Assembly (NCBI GenBank): GCA_943704425.1
Contig: CALSCP010001275.1
Span: 1-64,000 of the forward strand
Source: Ministeria vibrans ATCC 50519
Lineage: Eukaryota > Protista > Filasterea
DNA: 64,000 nucleotides
Direction of reading: 5' to 3'
Shown here one piece after another: positions 37,101-55,351 of the stretch (the first letter of the stretch is position 1; each line of letters begins with the position of its first letter). The translations under genes were made by a program, and so were the position numbers. The notes beneath the pieces are model-generated. The model was not told where the DNA came from and made no database searches. It was given only the letters and a program-made list of their open reading frames with translations.

Positions 37101-39218
37101 GCGAGGCTGATTGCTCATGTCACCAAGAGACTCAATGAGCACGGCCGTATTGTCGTCGTTAAAGGAGAGAGTGATGGCGAGGAGACGAGCAGAGGCCGTG
37201 ACAACCGTAGGCTGCGAGTCTGCAATGTGCGTGAGCAGAACACGGGTGTGTGGAAGAAGCGCGACACAAAGTGGCTCGCGCAGGGAGGCGTCGGCGAGGA
37301 TCGAGGCGACGCTGTCAAGCAGGGCACCGAGCGACTCTTGTGGCGAGTGGAGCACGACGGAAGTAACAAAGTGCTCAAGAGAGCGCAGGTGAGCGTCGGC
37401 CTTGTGTGCAAGGGCAAGAGCGAGGGCGTGGAAGTTGCCGCGACGCTGAATCCATTTCGATTTGACCAAGGGAGACGAGCCTACAACGTACGAAGCGAAA
37501 TCGTTGATGATGGTTGATGGCGTGGAAATGCTCGGGGAGGCCACTAGAGTAGCAAGGATAGCAATGGAAGCATCGCACTCAAGAGAGACGTTTGAAAACA
37601 ACAGGGGGATGACGGCGTCGTTCTCGAGGATGGCGGTTGCGATCGGAGCAGGTGCACTAGTGATTAACTGGGCGAGGCAGTCAAGGAGCTCGCGTGGGGG
37701 CACAGCGGAGCGTAGCAGCACAGTGAGAATGTGTGGCACAGCCGAGGCAGCGTGGGAGGGTGCGCGGGCCAGCGTAAGTACCGCGCTGTGCGTGCACGCC
37801 TCAACAAGGGTACGGTTGGCAAGCGTTTCGGAAGCAGCCGGAACACTGGCAGCCCAGGTGGCAATAGAGAGGAGGAACGAGGGTTCTGGATGTTCACCGA
37901 GGTACTTGAGGCACACGATAGCATCGTCAACAAGAGTGCCAGGGTCGAATTCGTCCTGGGTTTCAGCAGAGGGGTCTTGACTGCCGTGGAGAAGATCCAG
38001 AAGGGTACGAGGGGCGATTGGAATGGAAGACACCTTGGGGTTGGCGTCAAGAAGGGCACGACAGAGGCGCACAAGCGTCGCTTGAGTGGTCGGAGAAATG
38101 TCGGCGCACCAAGTGCTAAGGGACTCCAAAGTCTTGGTGGCAAACAAAGGCAGCTTGGCAAAGCGTGCAATGGCAACGTGAGTGACGCACCGACAGATGC
38201 TATCTGTGTGTGTGTCGGACTCGAGCGCCAGGCCAATGAGCGAGTCGAGGAACAGTTCCGGGAAGTTGTAATGTGCCGTGAGATCGTCGTCACACTCTAG
38301 TGGCTCGAGCCACGCAACGAGGGCAAGAAACAGGCCCTTGTGACAAGTGTCGACGACGACACGAATGAGTTGGCGGAAACGGGCGCAGATGTGGTCTGGA
38401 TGGTGCGTAAACAAAGCCGAAGCGTGTATCGTAGTGAGACGGCGGAGGATTTTTGACATCTCGGCAGCTGGGAGCGCTGCTGCCACATCCGAATTGTGCT
38501 GCAAGATGTGCTGGAGGAGCTCTCGAGCGCGCTCACTACGCGCACGGACGCCCTGACCACCATCGTGGAGCTGTGTGCGACTGAGTGGCTCGTCGGAGCA
38601 GCGGTCGTGCCACAGGACACGCTTGACGTGAACGTCGGCAGGAATCGAGACCTCATTGGCAAAATCGCGGTGCGTATCACTTGTATCGGCTCTGGCGATA
38701 GTGAGTGGCGCGAAAAAACGGAACAGAATGCACTTGAGATATTCCGTCCCAAGCGTTGCAACTTGGTCCAAGACATCGTTGTCGAGGAGAAGGCTGACGG
38801 CGGCGTCGACGTGTCGCGAGCGAACATTCGGCTGGTCGAGGAGCTTGACGACGCGCTTGAGGACCTTCTTCTCGGGCGCGTACTTGAAGTCGTAGAGAAG
38901 ACCACGGTCAATGAGCGCAGCGATTTTGACTTGATCGTAGCTCTCGTGTTGACGCAAGCGAACGACAAGAGCATTGAGAAGACACACGAGCTGTCCAACG
39001 TAGTCGGAGTTGGTACTCTCGGTGATGAGGTGGTACAGGAGCGACGGCGAGCTTGCGTCGTCGGCGAGCAGCTTTGTCTTGAACAGCGCTTTGGCGATGC
39101 GACGCGTTGTGTCGAGATCTGCGCTGAGAACAAAGTCGATGGCACTCTCTAGCGAGACGCTCGAAGCATGGTTGGACGCCATCCGACGCATGGCCGTGAT
39201 TACTCTGTCTTTATCCAT
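10180..39218 (-). CDS. Giant midasin/Rea1-like protein, ~9648 aa: six AAA+ modules, linker, Ig-like domains, four vWA/MIDAS domains; exons 39218-36255 and 36162-10180
   Basis: ORFs 35727..39335 and 10180..36114 join in frame through a 92-nt GT-AG intron (36163-36254; FEELP|SDEWTSIV). Midasin-type AAA motifs (PVLLEGP.G.GK, DE.NLAP, HPNFR.FA.QN, L.NRF) recur six times. DxSxS/T vWA motifs: VDNSGTM, VDTSQSM, VDVSGSM, LDESGSM. Confidence 0.9.
32393..32620. repeat. 93-bp coding tandem repeat (~2.4 copies) within the AAA4 insert
   Basis: TAGCCACGTCTTCGTCGCT recurs at 32394, 32487 and 32580. It encodes the 31-aa unit ARYxSDSDEDVAxSAVNSFPTSTTDPMTAPP. Confidence 0.92.
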
Positions 39219-39221
39219 GTC

Positions 39222-39224
<3 letters not shown>

Positions 39225-39310
<86 letters not shown>
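39225..39310. repeat. (AG)n microsatellite, probably intronic on the minus strand
   Basis: Perfect AG run lying between a GTAAGT donor (39360) and a CAG acceptor (~39223) on the minus strand. Confidence 0.95.
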
Positions 39311-39314
<4 letters not shown>

Positions 39315-39360
39315 AGAGAAGATAGTACAAGTCACAGAAACAACAACAAACGTTACTTAC

Positions 39361-39450
39361 GACAATGAGAGGCACCGCAGGCGGCCGAAACGCTGCCATC
39401 ACATTAGTCAAGCCAATCACTAACGTAAATAACACCAGGCAAGTCTTCAT
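39361..39450 (-). CDS. Orphan 30-codon signal-peptide exon resembling the N-terminus of glutaminase A (GtaA)-type proteins
   Basis: MKTCLVLFTLVIGLTNVMAAFRPPAVPLIV followed by a consensus GTAAGT donor. RPPAVPL is the N-terminal motif I recall for the GtaA family. No continuing exon of that family is present in the window. Confidence 0.5.
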
Positions 39451-39534
39451 TGGGAACAAAATTCTGAATCATTATAATTATTTTTGTTTATTTTGTTTAC
39501 TTTAAGTTTTAACACACATATTTTTTCTTCTTCT

Positions 39535-46645
<7,111 letters not shown>

Positions 46646-46968
46646 TTACTTTTTTTTTCGCGTTGTACTCTATTATTTTCATTTTCATTTTTCCTAATTA
46701 AAAGCGTCTCCTTTGATTTTGGTCAGTATTTGAGTATTACATGAAGAAAGAACAACATAGTGGAGATGAAAATAATAAAGAAGGGACATAAGAAAGAAAG
46801 TTCTCGAACTTCCTTGACAGATAATACAGGCAGCCAGGCAGGAGCCAATAAGGGTATTGCGTGCTCAACACGGGCAGCCTCGACAGCTTGTACGAGCATG
46901 GTTCCTTTTTTCTTTGGTCTGATCTCAATTTTAATTAATCATTTTTTTTTGTCTCTTTGTATCACAGC

Positions 46969-49401
46969 ATGGACACGCAAGGTGACCTCCTCGTGTTCCC
47001 ACTGAAGAAGACGCCCCCCGTCGACTTTGCGGGACCCCTCGGACGGCACATCCAGGCGACGTATCACACGTCACCGGACGAATACCTCAACGAGTTCAAG
47101 CGACTCGACCGTCTGCGTCTCGATGCCACCCAAGCGGCGTCGTCCACATCGGAGACGACGCGCACAGTAAGTTTGCTGTCCATCTGTCTGATGCGTCGCC
47201 AGGGCTCGTCCTGGAGCGTGTTTTGGGGCTGGTGATACGACACCAACACGACATCGCCTCACACCCACACACACACACACACACTCACACTCTCTCCTCT
47301 TCCACCTTGCCCCGTCTAGGCGACCCTCGAGTACTTTTGTCAGCTTGAACGGCTCTCGCTGCGCTTTCCCTTGACGTCCGCCTGGTCCGACGAGGACATC
47401 AAGCTTGACTTCTACTGGAGCGATGCTTTTCAAGTGACGACTGAGGTGAAAAAAATACTGTGATTTCCCCTCTCTCTGGCGTTTTCCTCCTCTTACAACA
47501 CTGTGTCATATGTAGGTGCACCAGCGAGCATTGGCGTTTGAAAAGGCGGGAGTTCTCTTCAATTTGGCGGCGCAGTTTGCCAACGGTGCTCAGCAACAGT
47601 CGCGACACGAAGAATCGGGTGCCAAGGAGGCATGCAAGTTGCTTCAGACGGCGCTCGGGGTGCTTAAGTACATGCGTGATACCTTTGTTAATGCGCCCAC
47701 GGCCGACATGAGCAACAACATGCTCAACTTTTTGTATGCTCTGGTCGAGGCGCAGGCACAGCAGTGCTACTACGAGAAGGGTGCCATTAGCAAGGTGAAG
47801 ACGTCTGTGCTGGCGGGTCTGGCCAAGGCCTCAGCGCAACTCTATGACGAAGCAGTTCAGCTAAGTGTGTCGGAAGACATCGCCGGAGTACTGCCGCTGC
47901 ATTGGTCGGCGACGCTGCAGGCCAAGCACAAGCATATGCTTTCGCTGATGCACTCTCACCTGGGAACCTGTGCCGACGAGTCTGACGGCTATGGCGTGGC
48001 CGTGGCGCGCTACCGTGCTTCCGCTGCGTGTGCTGCCAAGGCTCTACAGCTCTGCTCGCCCAAAGATCGTCGCATCAAGGTCCCCACGGGGGTCTCTGAG
48101 CTGATCCAGCTGAACAAGTTCTCGGTGGACAAGACACTTGCGCGAGCCGCCAAGGACAACTCGACGATCTACAACGAACTAGTGCCCACTCTCGAGTCGC
48201 TCGAGGCCACCGACACGACGCCCGCACACAAACTCGTTCAAATTGTCACGCTTCAGTCGCACCTCGATGCTCACCAGGGCGCTCCCGACATCTTCCAGCG
48301 GCTCATTCCTCTCCATGCTGTCATGGGCGGCTCGCTCTACTCCGACATGAAGGACCGTCTTGCACGCGACCTCAATGCCGAAATGGCGCTGCACGAACGC
48401 CAGCTGAGTGATACACTGCACAAAATGGGACTGCCCGAGGCGTTGCATGCGGTTGAACGGCCTCATCAGATGCCGCGTGTACCTAGTGAGGTGGCACGCG
48501 CCGCTACCCAGGTGCGTGCAGGCAACGGACTTGCAGGTGTCACCACGGCTCGTCAGATGGTCGTGCAGATGAGCGAGCGTACTCAGGAGGCGCTGGCGGC
48601 GTTGCGAGTGCGTTGCGAAACAGCCGCTCTCGCGTTCTCTGATGACGTGGTTGCGACAGTGCTTGCGGACACGGTGCGCTTTGAGGAGGCACGGCGTCAA
48701 GCCAAGGCGTCCGACGAGCGACTGGCCGGACTGATGCACGAGTGGATGGACGACTTGTCGGCATTGAGCGCACCCGACGAAAGTCTGCTTATTGGGCGTT
48801 TTCCGCACGAGTCGCTGCTTGACACAATGCCGGCGGACGCCGAGGCTGTCGCTCGATTGCGCAGCGTCCTAGCAGACGTCGACACGCTGAAACGCGAACG
48901 TAGTGCCATTGCAGACCAATTGCGTGTAAAAATGCTCACGGACGACGTCCAGGGTCTTATTGTCGAGTGCGGTGGCGACGAGGGTCGCATGAAGACATTG
49001 TTTGACCACGAAATTCGCAAGTTTGATTCCTTTGTTGCCCGTTTTGCAGCCAACGTGCAGCAACAGCGTGCCCTTCTTACACGACTGGCGCAGGAGAATG
49101 CGCGTTTTGTGGCGTCACAGGCACCGAGCATGGATCGTGCCGACGAGCGTGCAGCTGCCACGAAGCGGCTGCTTGCGGCCGCGCGCCACTTTGACGAGCT
49201 GACAAAGAAACTCAATGAAGGGGTGGAGTTTTATTGCAAGCTTGACGAGGCTGTCGGGCGGCTCAAAGAGAAGCTCAGCGAGCACGAAGAGCGCAAGGAA
49301 CGCGAAGCGGAGGCACGGGCGCGTGCTGAGGCAGTGCACGCGGAGGAGGAAGAGGAGCGACAGCAGCAGCAGCAGCAACAGCAGCAACAACAACAGCAGC
49401 A

Positions 49402-49446
<45 letters not shown>

Positions 49447-50757
49447 GCAACAGCAGCAGCAGCAGCAGCAACAACAACTGGAGCGAGCACAAAGGGAAAG
49501 TGAAGAGGCGCGATTGAGAACGGAGCGAGAAGCAGCTGTCTCAGTGGCAATGGTACCGCCACTTACCCTGGGTGAGGTTGCCACTCCCTCTGCGCCCGAT
49601 CGTTCGGTGCCTCCGTCGCCTGATTATGCTGGAGCTGCACCATCATTCCGCCCGGCTCCTCGGCCGCCCATGGCTGGGGCTGGGGCTGTCGTTGTTGGTG
49701 GAGCCGGCTCAATGACTGGTGGCGCGGTTTTGCCACCGTCGCCTGCAGTCGATGCCTGGGCGCAGTTTAAGGCACACCAAGAGCGCATTGCGTCTGAGCT
49801 ACGACAGCAAGAGCAGCAGCGTGACAAGCAGCAAGGGCGCGGAAGTGGGGCTGAGACTGTGAGTTTGAGCGCGAGCGCTGCGAGTGGTGGGGGTTGGGAT
49901 CGAGAGACACAGGAGAAGCGCGCACAGGCTCTGGCCGAGCAGCATCGCGCGGCAGAAGAGGAGAGGCGACAGCAACCACCCCAAGTCTCTCCAGTACCCC
50001 AAGTGGTTCCTGCGGAATCACATTCACCCTCTGGGATGGTACCGCCCGGGACGCAAGCGCCAGTGGATGTGGCAGAGCAGCAGCGGCTGGACGATGAATG
50101 GCAGCGACACATGCCGTGGAAATTGCATCAGCAGCAGCAACAACAACAGGAAATTGAAGGAGAGCAGCAGGGGCGGGTGGAGGAGCAACTGCGAGTGGCG
50201 CGAGAGGATCACGAACGACAGCGATTGGAAATAGAGAAGCAGCAACGAGTGTTGGCAGAGCAGTTGCGCGCGGTGGCGGAGCAGGAGCAGCAACGACAGG
50301 AAGAGCATCGTCGGTTGATGATCGAGGAGCAGGCGCGACTGGAGCAGCAGCGACGGGCGTTGGAGGAGCAGGCACGGCAGGAGGCACAGCGAAGGTCAGT
50401 CGAGGAACAGGCACGAATGGAGCAGCAGCGACGGATGGCAGAGGAGCTTGCACGACTGGAGCAGCAGCGGAGGGCGATGGAGGAACAGACGCGACAAGAA
50501 GCACATCGAAGGGCAATGGAAGAACAAGCTCGAATGGAGCAGGCGCGGAGGGCGATGGAAGACCAGGCACGACAGGAGGCACAACGAAAGGCAATGGAGG
50601 AGCAAGCGAGACAACAACAGCAACAACAACAACAACAACAAGAACAACAGCAGCGACAACAACAACAACAACAACAACTACAACAGCAGCAGCAGGAGCA
50701 GCAACGACGCGCTATGGAAGAACAGGGGCGATTGGAGCAGGAGCGACAACAGCAGCT

Positions 50758-50794
<37 letters not shown>

Positions 50795-51316
50795 CAACAA
50801 CGACGCGCTATGGAAGAACAGGGGCGATTGGAGCAGGAGCGACAACAGCAGCTACAGCAGCAGATGCAGCAGATGCAGTTGCACCAACAGGAGCAGCAGC
50901 GTCGCATGCAGCAACAGCAACAGCAACATCAAACAGTGTCGCACAGTGCCATCACCGCCACCCAACCGACACAGCCGCCCTCCTCAGTCCCAGTGTATCC
51001 TCCACCACACATTGCAGCCGCAGCTGCCGCACCGCGCACTGCCGTCTACACCATCCCCCCCTCATCGTACTCAACGCCCACTCCCGCGACATACGCCGTC
51101 CCCGCACCCGTCGCGTACCCCCCACCCCACATTGTCGCGGCCACCGGGTCGACCCGCCCGATGTACGGCACCACCAACGCCGTCTACGCAGCGTCACAAA
51201 CTCAGCCACAGTCACAGCCGCATCCTTCACAGCCCATTCTGCCGTCCCAGGCTGCTACCACTCAGAGTGTCATGGACGACTGTGTGCCCAACATTCAGTG
51301 GCAGCCACTTGTATAA
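46969..51316 (+). CDS. BRO1-domain protein (ALIX/PalA/Rim20/HD-PTP family): Bro1 domain, V domain, polyQ/coiled region and Pro-rich tail
   Basis: Exons ~46969-47166 (FPLKKTPPVDFAGPL), 47320-47445 (YFCQL...RFP...FYWSDAF) and 47516-51316 (LAFEKAGVLFNLAA, AQAQQC, KDNSTIYNELVP, DIFQRLIP, MGLPEAL, EGVEFY). An additional upstream exon is possible. Confidence 0.88.
49361..49477 (+). repeat. Coding (CAG/CAA)n polyglutamine tract
   Basis: An uninterrupted CAG/CAA run in frame with the BRO1 gene; more tracts occur at ~50610-50930. Confidence 0.95.
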
Positions 51317-51665
51317 ACGTTACACAAACCATAAAAAGAAAGATGAAAAGGACAGAAGTTCTTCATGGAAATCGTTATGTCAAGTTCAGGTACAGTGCAC
51401 TCAAAGGACCTTCATCTGTTGCACAGTGCCAATACAGCGAGCACTCTGTCGCGTGTCGTGTTCCTCAATGGCCTTTCACTCCACATGAACGGTGCACTCA
51501 CAGATCCCTTCACTTCCCTCTGTCTCTCTCGCTTGTCCTTTCTATGGTGCCTTTAGGCATTGTGTCGCCTCACAGTACACGCGCACTCGCCACCGTCTGC
51601 CACTGACTCACTCACGCTCTCGCTCCTTTCTTGTTATACAGATGTAATAATAGATACATGTACAC

Positions 51666-53057
51666 TTAGAGCGGCTCCGACATGAGAAGGAGCAACGCCC
51701 AAAGACGATCGGAACCAACTGAGACATTGGCCAAGTGCTCAATGAAATTCGCAATCATTAGCTCACGGATTGTTCTGCTGGACAGCTCACTGTATATGCG
51801 AGAAAGACGGCCAATTCCGCGTTTGACATGCGCCTCCATTTGGGTGAGAGACGATTCGCTTTGGGACTGATGGAACGAACGCATCTCAGTGAGTGATTCG
51901 CTGTGGAGTGGGGGCACTCTGAGACGGCCCGACGAGTACAGTGGAGCGTATCGTTTGTCAACGATCCATTCACGCGTGAACGCATGTACGCTTTCATCTT
52001 CGTCAAAGACGGCTCGAATGAGCAAAGCAGCGTACACACGCGCAGCAAAAGACATTTGGAGGTGAGACCAGTCCTCCTCGAAGGGAATGGGCTGCTCATA
52101 GGCACTTTGTGCGAGGTTGTAGTCGTGAGAGTAGGTCCAGACGTTGACACTGACTGACGTGGACAGCGTTTCGACTTCGTGCAGCCAAAATGGAGGGAGC
52201 CATAACACATCGCCTGAAAGAGAACGAGATGAGAATAGTTGCACTAGCCAAGGGAAACAACCAACTGCTCTTTCGTTGCACTACCTGCTTCGAGGTCGGC
52301 AATAAGAACGAGCGGATCTTCGTCGATCGACGTGCGGCTGTGGCAGTAGTGTGGGTGGAGTACAGGGTACAAGTCAAATTTTCCGTATGGAGGGATCAGT
52401 TTGAAGCGTTTTCGGCCGTGCAACTGAGAAGAGAGAATGTTGAGAAGGTTTGAGGACGGTTACATTTTGTACCTGCACAAAGATGTTGTAGGTGTTGTCG
52501 TAGTGAGCTGCGGTCGTGATGCCCTTGCGACCCATCCAGAGGTTGACCTGCACGCCGTCGTTTCCAACCAAGAAGTCTGTGATGTTGATCTCGCGCGTCC
52601 AGAGAGCAGGGTTGGGCAGGCGGGCGAGGCTGCTGGTGAAGTAGAGCCAGTGGTGAGTGCTGAGGATGCGCGCCGTTGGAACGACGGGCATGGCGTTGAA
52701 GGCGTCTCGAGAGGCGTCGGCGACGTACGGCTCGAGCGGTTTGTAGTCGTGCCAGGTTGTGAAGCGACAGTGAGCGTCGCTCAGCGCGCAGTGGCGCCCG
52801 TCGTACACTGGCACTGTCGCAAGCCGTCGGACCACTTCTTCGGGCGACCAGAGCGTGCGGGCGGGCCACCCGTCGATGGGGGCGTCTGTGAGAATCATAG
52901 GCAAGCTGACATTGGCGAGATGGTGCTTGCAGGAGGACCAGGCAACGCGCGTCACATTCACCGACGCTCGCAGGGGCGGCGAGGGCCACTGCCGCACCAA
53001 CGCAATGTTGATAGCTAAGGCGACAGTAAACACAATGCTAGAAGCGATCAGATTCAT
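51666..53057 (-). CDS. JmjC/cupin-like Fe(II)/2-oxoglutarate oxygenase with an N-terminal signal/anchor; multi-exon
   Basis: VNLWMGRKGITTAAHYDNTYNIFVQ|LHGRKRF...LYPVLHP...GDVLWLPPFWLHEVETLSTSVSVNVW gives the HxD...H triad typical of FIH/JMJD5-like hydroxylases. The N-terminus MNLIASSIVFTVALAINIALV is hydrophobic. Confidence 0.85.
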
Positions 53058-53122
53058 AATAAAAATAATATTATTATTGTGAAACTGTGAGATACGAAGT
53101 ATTCATTCATTCTGATTTTGGA

Positions 53123-54004
53123 TTAGTGACGGAGAATCTTTGAGCGCTTAGCGACGATGCCGTCGCCCAGGGAAGCAAGAACACCAGCACGCTGCTCGGC
53201 GGCACACGAGCACTGATCGACACACTGCTGCACAGGAGAGCGACGGGCACACACCGCATAGCAGTAGTGAGAGCAGCGGGGCGCTCCCGTGTGGGCGGTG
53301 ACGGTGTGGGAGTTGATGGGGCGGTGTGTGTGGGCGGAAGAGCTGACCATCCAGAGTTCATCGATGCTGACGGCCTTTTCAGAGGTCGAGCCATCCGAGT
53401 GGGTGGACTTGACATGTTCGTACTGGATCCAGTGCAGATGAGACGCATTGACAGCCTGCAAGTGTCCAAAGCCGTAGCTGGCGGAGCGCACAAGCGACCA
53501 AGGGGCATTGTGGATGTCCGAGTAGTAGTCCAGATCTTCGGGACAGCCAGCGGCGCCCGTGACGATGTTCACTGTGTGTGCACTGTCATGGTACACATGC
53601 GCATCCGCCTGGGCCTGTGCCGTGTTGTTGAACACAGGAAGACTACAAAATTTAAGTTTAAGACAGTTGTCATTTTTTTTGAAAAGAGGTATGGGTGGCG
53701 GTGCGTGTACGTACGTGCGCTCATAGGAGTGCTCATGGGCGGTCAAGTACAGGTCCACGTGGTACTTTTCAAAGAGGTCGTCGATGGGATAGGCAGTGCC
53801 GTTGATGGGGAATCCGTTGCGCATCTTCTGCGCGTCCGTTGTGCAGTCAGGCAGGTCGTCGACGTTGGAGCAGTAGATGGGTCGATGTGCCATGGCAATG
53901 ACCCAGGGTGTGCGTGTGCGGTCCACCTGAGGAAGAGAAGAGTGTGAGTGGCACTGAGACTACAGTTGCGCGATAAAACAAACACCAAGCAAAGAGACAC
54001 ACAC

Positions 54005-54053
<49 letters not shown>

Positions 54054-55144
54054 AGACATACGATAGAAAGACAAACACACACAGAGTTAAACAACCAGAC
54101 AGAGAGTGCAGTTACTTTGCTCAAATCGTCCTCCAGCCACTTGTACTGCGCCACAAGAACATCGTTGAGGTATGCGTTGTAGTACACTTCCGATGAGAAA
54201 CCCACAATGTGCGCCAGTCCCACATTCACTGAGTAGTACCAATTGTTGCCGCTGTTTGCCTGCATTGCATTGTTCGAAAACCTACACAGAAGTGGTGTTA
54301 TGAGCACAGCATGGGTTCTGGTGTGTGTAATACCGTTCGGTGTAGTGTGAAAAGTTGTAGGCACTCTCGTGGTTACCCAAAACTGTCACGTACGGTCGCG
54401 CAGCCGCAATCGGCTCAATCATTTCCATAAAGGAGTCGCCCACTCGGCCTACATACATGCGTGACATTCAGTGGACCAGCGAGCTCGAATGAATCGTCGA
54501 ATACAGCCGGCGTACCTTGATCGTCATTCATGTTGTACGCAAAGTCGCCAACGTGCAACACAGCGTCAAAGGCCCCCGCTGCAGACTGGGACTGCAGCAT
54601 GTCGAGTGTACGGAAGTTTTTCACACCTGCATCGCCAAAGACGGCGAATTGGATCGGCTGGTCCTTCTGCTCACATAAGACGAGGTTAGCAAGAACGACC
54701 GAGAGAACAGAAGAAAGCGTACGGCGAACGTCGTGAAGTTAAACACAGCGGAGTAGCCGCCGGAAGGAGATCCGCATCGGTAGTAGTAGACGGTGGATTC
54801 GCGCAGGGCGTCGAGAAGGGCGTTGTGGATGTAGATTGTGCGGTGGTCTGAGCCACCGTCAACAAACGTGATGTTCTCAGCGGTTACAGCGCTGGAGAGC
54901 GCCGAAGCGCTCAGACCGTACTGAACCACCGACGAACTTGTGGCAGTTGGGGTCACCCAGCTGACGGTGCGTTGCGTGACGTCGCTGCAAGAGAGAGTTT
55001 GACGTTTGTTGACGATTTTTTTGTATAATAGTATTTCTTCGCTCACCTTGTGAGGCCAATGTGGACTTGCTCAGGGCCCGACGTGACAGGAGCACCCAGT
55101 ACACTTGACAAAAGAACAACAGCGGCGATCAGAAGTCGAAGCAT
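53123..55144 (-). CDS. Secreted purple acid phosphatase (ACP7-like metallophosphoesterase); multi-exon
   Basis: Signal peptide MLRLLIAAVVLLSSVLG, PEQVHI, an FN3-like N-domain (VSWVT, VQYG, YYYRCGS), and metal-ligand motifs GDAG, GDFAY, GNHE, AHRPIYCS, AHEHSYER spread over GT-AG exons. Confidence 0.9.
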
Positions 55145-55351
55145 TGCAAAAACTCTGAACATTGGTCATTGGTCATTGAGTAATGAGTTCTTACTCATTT
55201 ACTCAAGCAATGAAATTCTTTAATTGATCGCCAGTCGACACTCAAAGAATATGAAAGTGAGTAATAAAGCGATCGCATTATTGTCACTCTCTGCTGTCTG
55301 TCTCAGTGATGATAAAATGAAGTCAGAAGTACAATATTAGAATTATACATC

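Noticed and set aside
10180-39218. Calling the giant gene dynein heavy chain, RNF213 or plain MDN1
   Set aside because: The AAA motifs are midasin-type; I see no dynein stalk/MTBD and no RING. Size, Ig-like array and four vWA domains depart from MDN1, so no symbol is assigned.
9150-39310. Giant-gene block as a mobile element bounded by AG repeats
   Set aside because: No transposase, integrase, terminal inverted repeats or target-site duplication seen; AG tracts are common in introns throughout the window.
49115-50907. Poly-Cys, poly-Leu and poly-Ala minus-strand ORFs
   Set aside because: Reverse-frame readings of CAG polyQ tracts in the BRO1 gene.
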